Positions 62,823 through 64,000 of a stretch of DNA of 64,000 nucleotides are shown here, one piece after another; position 1 is the first letter of the stretch; each line of letters begins with the position of its first letter. The stretch is from Macrostomum lignano (lineage: Eukaryota). Under the pieces are notes generated by a model, which searched no databases, was not told where the DNA came from, and worked only from the letters and a program-made list of their open reading frames with translations. The translations under genes and the position numbers were made by a program. The DNA is taken from assembly GCA_002269645.1 (NCBI GenBank), contig NIVC01002578.1:96669-160668 (forward strand), given 5' to 3'.

Positions 62823-63105
62823 GAGGTTGTAGCCTAGTGGTCAGAACGTTGGACTCACGACTTGAGTTCCGGGGTTCGATTCCCAATCCCACTAAAACAA
62901 TTTGTGTACTTGAGCAAGACACTTAACTCTGCATTGCTTCAGATCACCCAGCCGTAAAATGGGTGCCAGCATTAGCTGGGGTAATTGGAGGTGTGTGTGT
63001 GGCGACCCCCCCCCCTAGTCCTTGGACTGACCTTGGACTTGGATGGAGCCTTCAGATGCGCCGCGCAATAGCTGCGGCTGAGCTGTCGGTTGTACATCTG
63101 CACAC
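62823..63105 (+). mobile_element. tRNA-derived SINE with Meta/CORE-like domain (copy 2)
   Basis: TAGCCTAGTGG A box, GGTTCGATTCC B box, CTTGAGCAAGACACTTAAC...CACCCAGCCGTAAAATGGGT; 3' part nearly identical to copy 1. Confidence 0.88.
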
Positions 63106-63764
63106 TTGCAACAAATTAGCCTAGCTCTGAATGGATTTTTGCCATAGACGATATAACGATAAGAGCAACCGAAGTTTCTTTGGAAAAGAGGTACATCCAT
63201 GATTAATCAGAGCGATCCTCCTATCTAAGTCAGAAAATCTGCTTGATTGGCGGCCAGTCAAAATTTTGTTGCCCAGACAAAATCAGCTGTCGGCAAAGTC
63301 ACCTGCCGATGAACTGTGGCGAGATAAAAAGAAAATTATTAATCGTCAGCTTTCCAATATGGTCAGTGGTATAAGCATCTAACTGATGGACCACATAGAA
63401 ACGTTTATCATCTACTAGCGACTTTCTCCTTTGACTAGGAATGGGGACCGGTTTAGACAGTTGGGTAGAAAGTTATTGTCCAAGATTTATAGTTGCCTAG
63501 CAGAAATAATAAACCAAATGCGAGAGGGAAAGAGAAAACTCGGACAGATCTAGATGAATCTAGTTCACTAGTTCAAGGGTATGCAAAGAGATTAGGGCTG
63601 TGCTTCTCAGATTGCGCGTAAGGTTCTGATTTGAACCTCGATTCCACAGTGCTGGTACAGTTGTGGCATCTTGGATTTCGTCATGTTAATTGGAAACGCT
63701 GCGAAAATTGTAACATTCTTGCGGATTTTCTGCCACAGCTTCGCTTTGGACCAGTAAATCATCT

Positions 63765-63788
63765 GAGTGATGATTATGGTGATGATGG

Positions 63789-63840
<52 letters not shown>

Positions 63841-63895
63841 GATAATGATGATAATAATGATGATGATGATGTTGATAATGAAGAAGAAGATGATC
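63765..63895. repeat. (GAT)n microsatellite
   Basis: Seen directly. Confidence 0.95.
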
Positions 63896-64000
63896 ATGTC
63901 TTTGATGGATCTTTGGCCTTGCAGTCCTCATTGTTTCTCAGGCCAGAGTCAATAGTAACCAGAATGACTTTCGAGGAATTAAAAAAAGTCTAGAGTCAAT

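Noticed and set aside
63631-63993. Poly-Asp/poly-His ORFs as genes or a BMPER exon
   Set aside because: Explained by the (GAT)n microsatellite; no VWC pattern or in-phase splice sites.

Overview
Eukaryotic (animal) genomic DNA, repeat-rich. GC-richer coding exons and GT-AG introns look like a lophotrochozoan invertebrate, possibly a Macrostomum-like flatworm (inference only). Spliced gene models were rebuilt by hand with splice phases checked: the 5' part of a cadherin-domain gene (-); three tandem TSPO paralogs (+); an OATP/SLCO transporter (+, 712 aa); a two-exon DEG/ENaC channel (-, 704 aa); a 15-exon ~982-aa single-pass protein with two ependymin/LolA-like repeats and four PAN/apple domains (-); and the 5' part of a BMPER/crossveinless-2 homolog (+). 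Mobile DNA: two compound non-autonomous Helitrons with canonical TC...hairpin-CTAG ends, AT targets and exact CTAG|TC head-to-tail junctions, carrying modular minisatellites and repeated tRNA-derived Pol III-like cassettes; a decayed ~5.3-kb LOA/R1-group non-LTR element with RNase H; a Tc1 remnant; two tRNA-derived SINEs; several MITEs; a hammerhead-like motif; and many tandem arrays. No CRISPR, rRNA or intact tRNA genes were seen.
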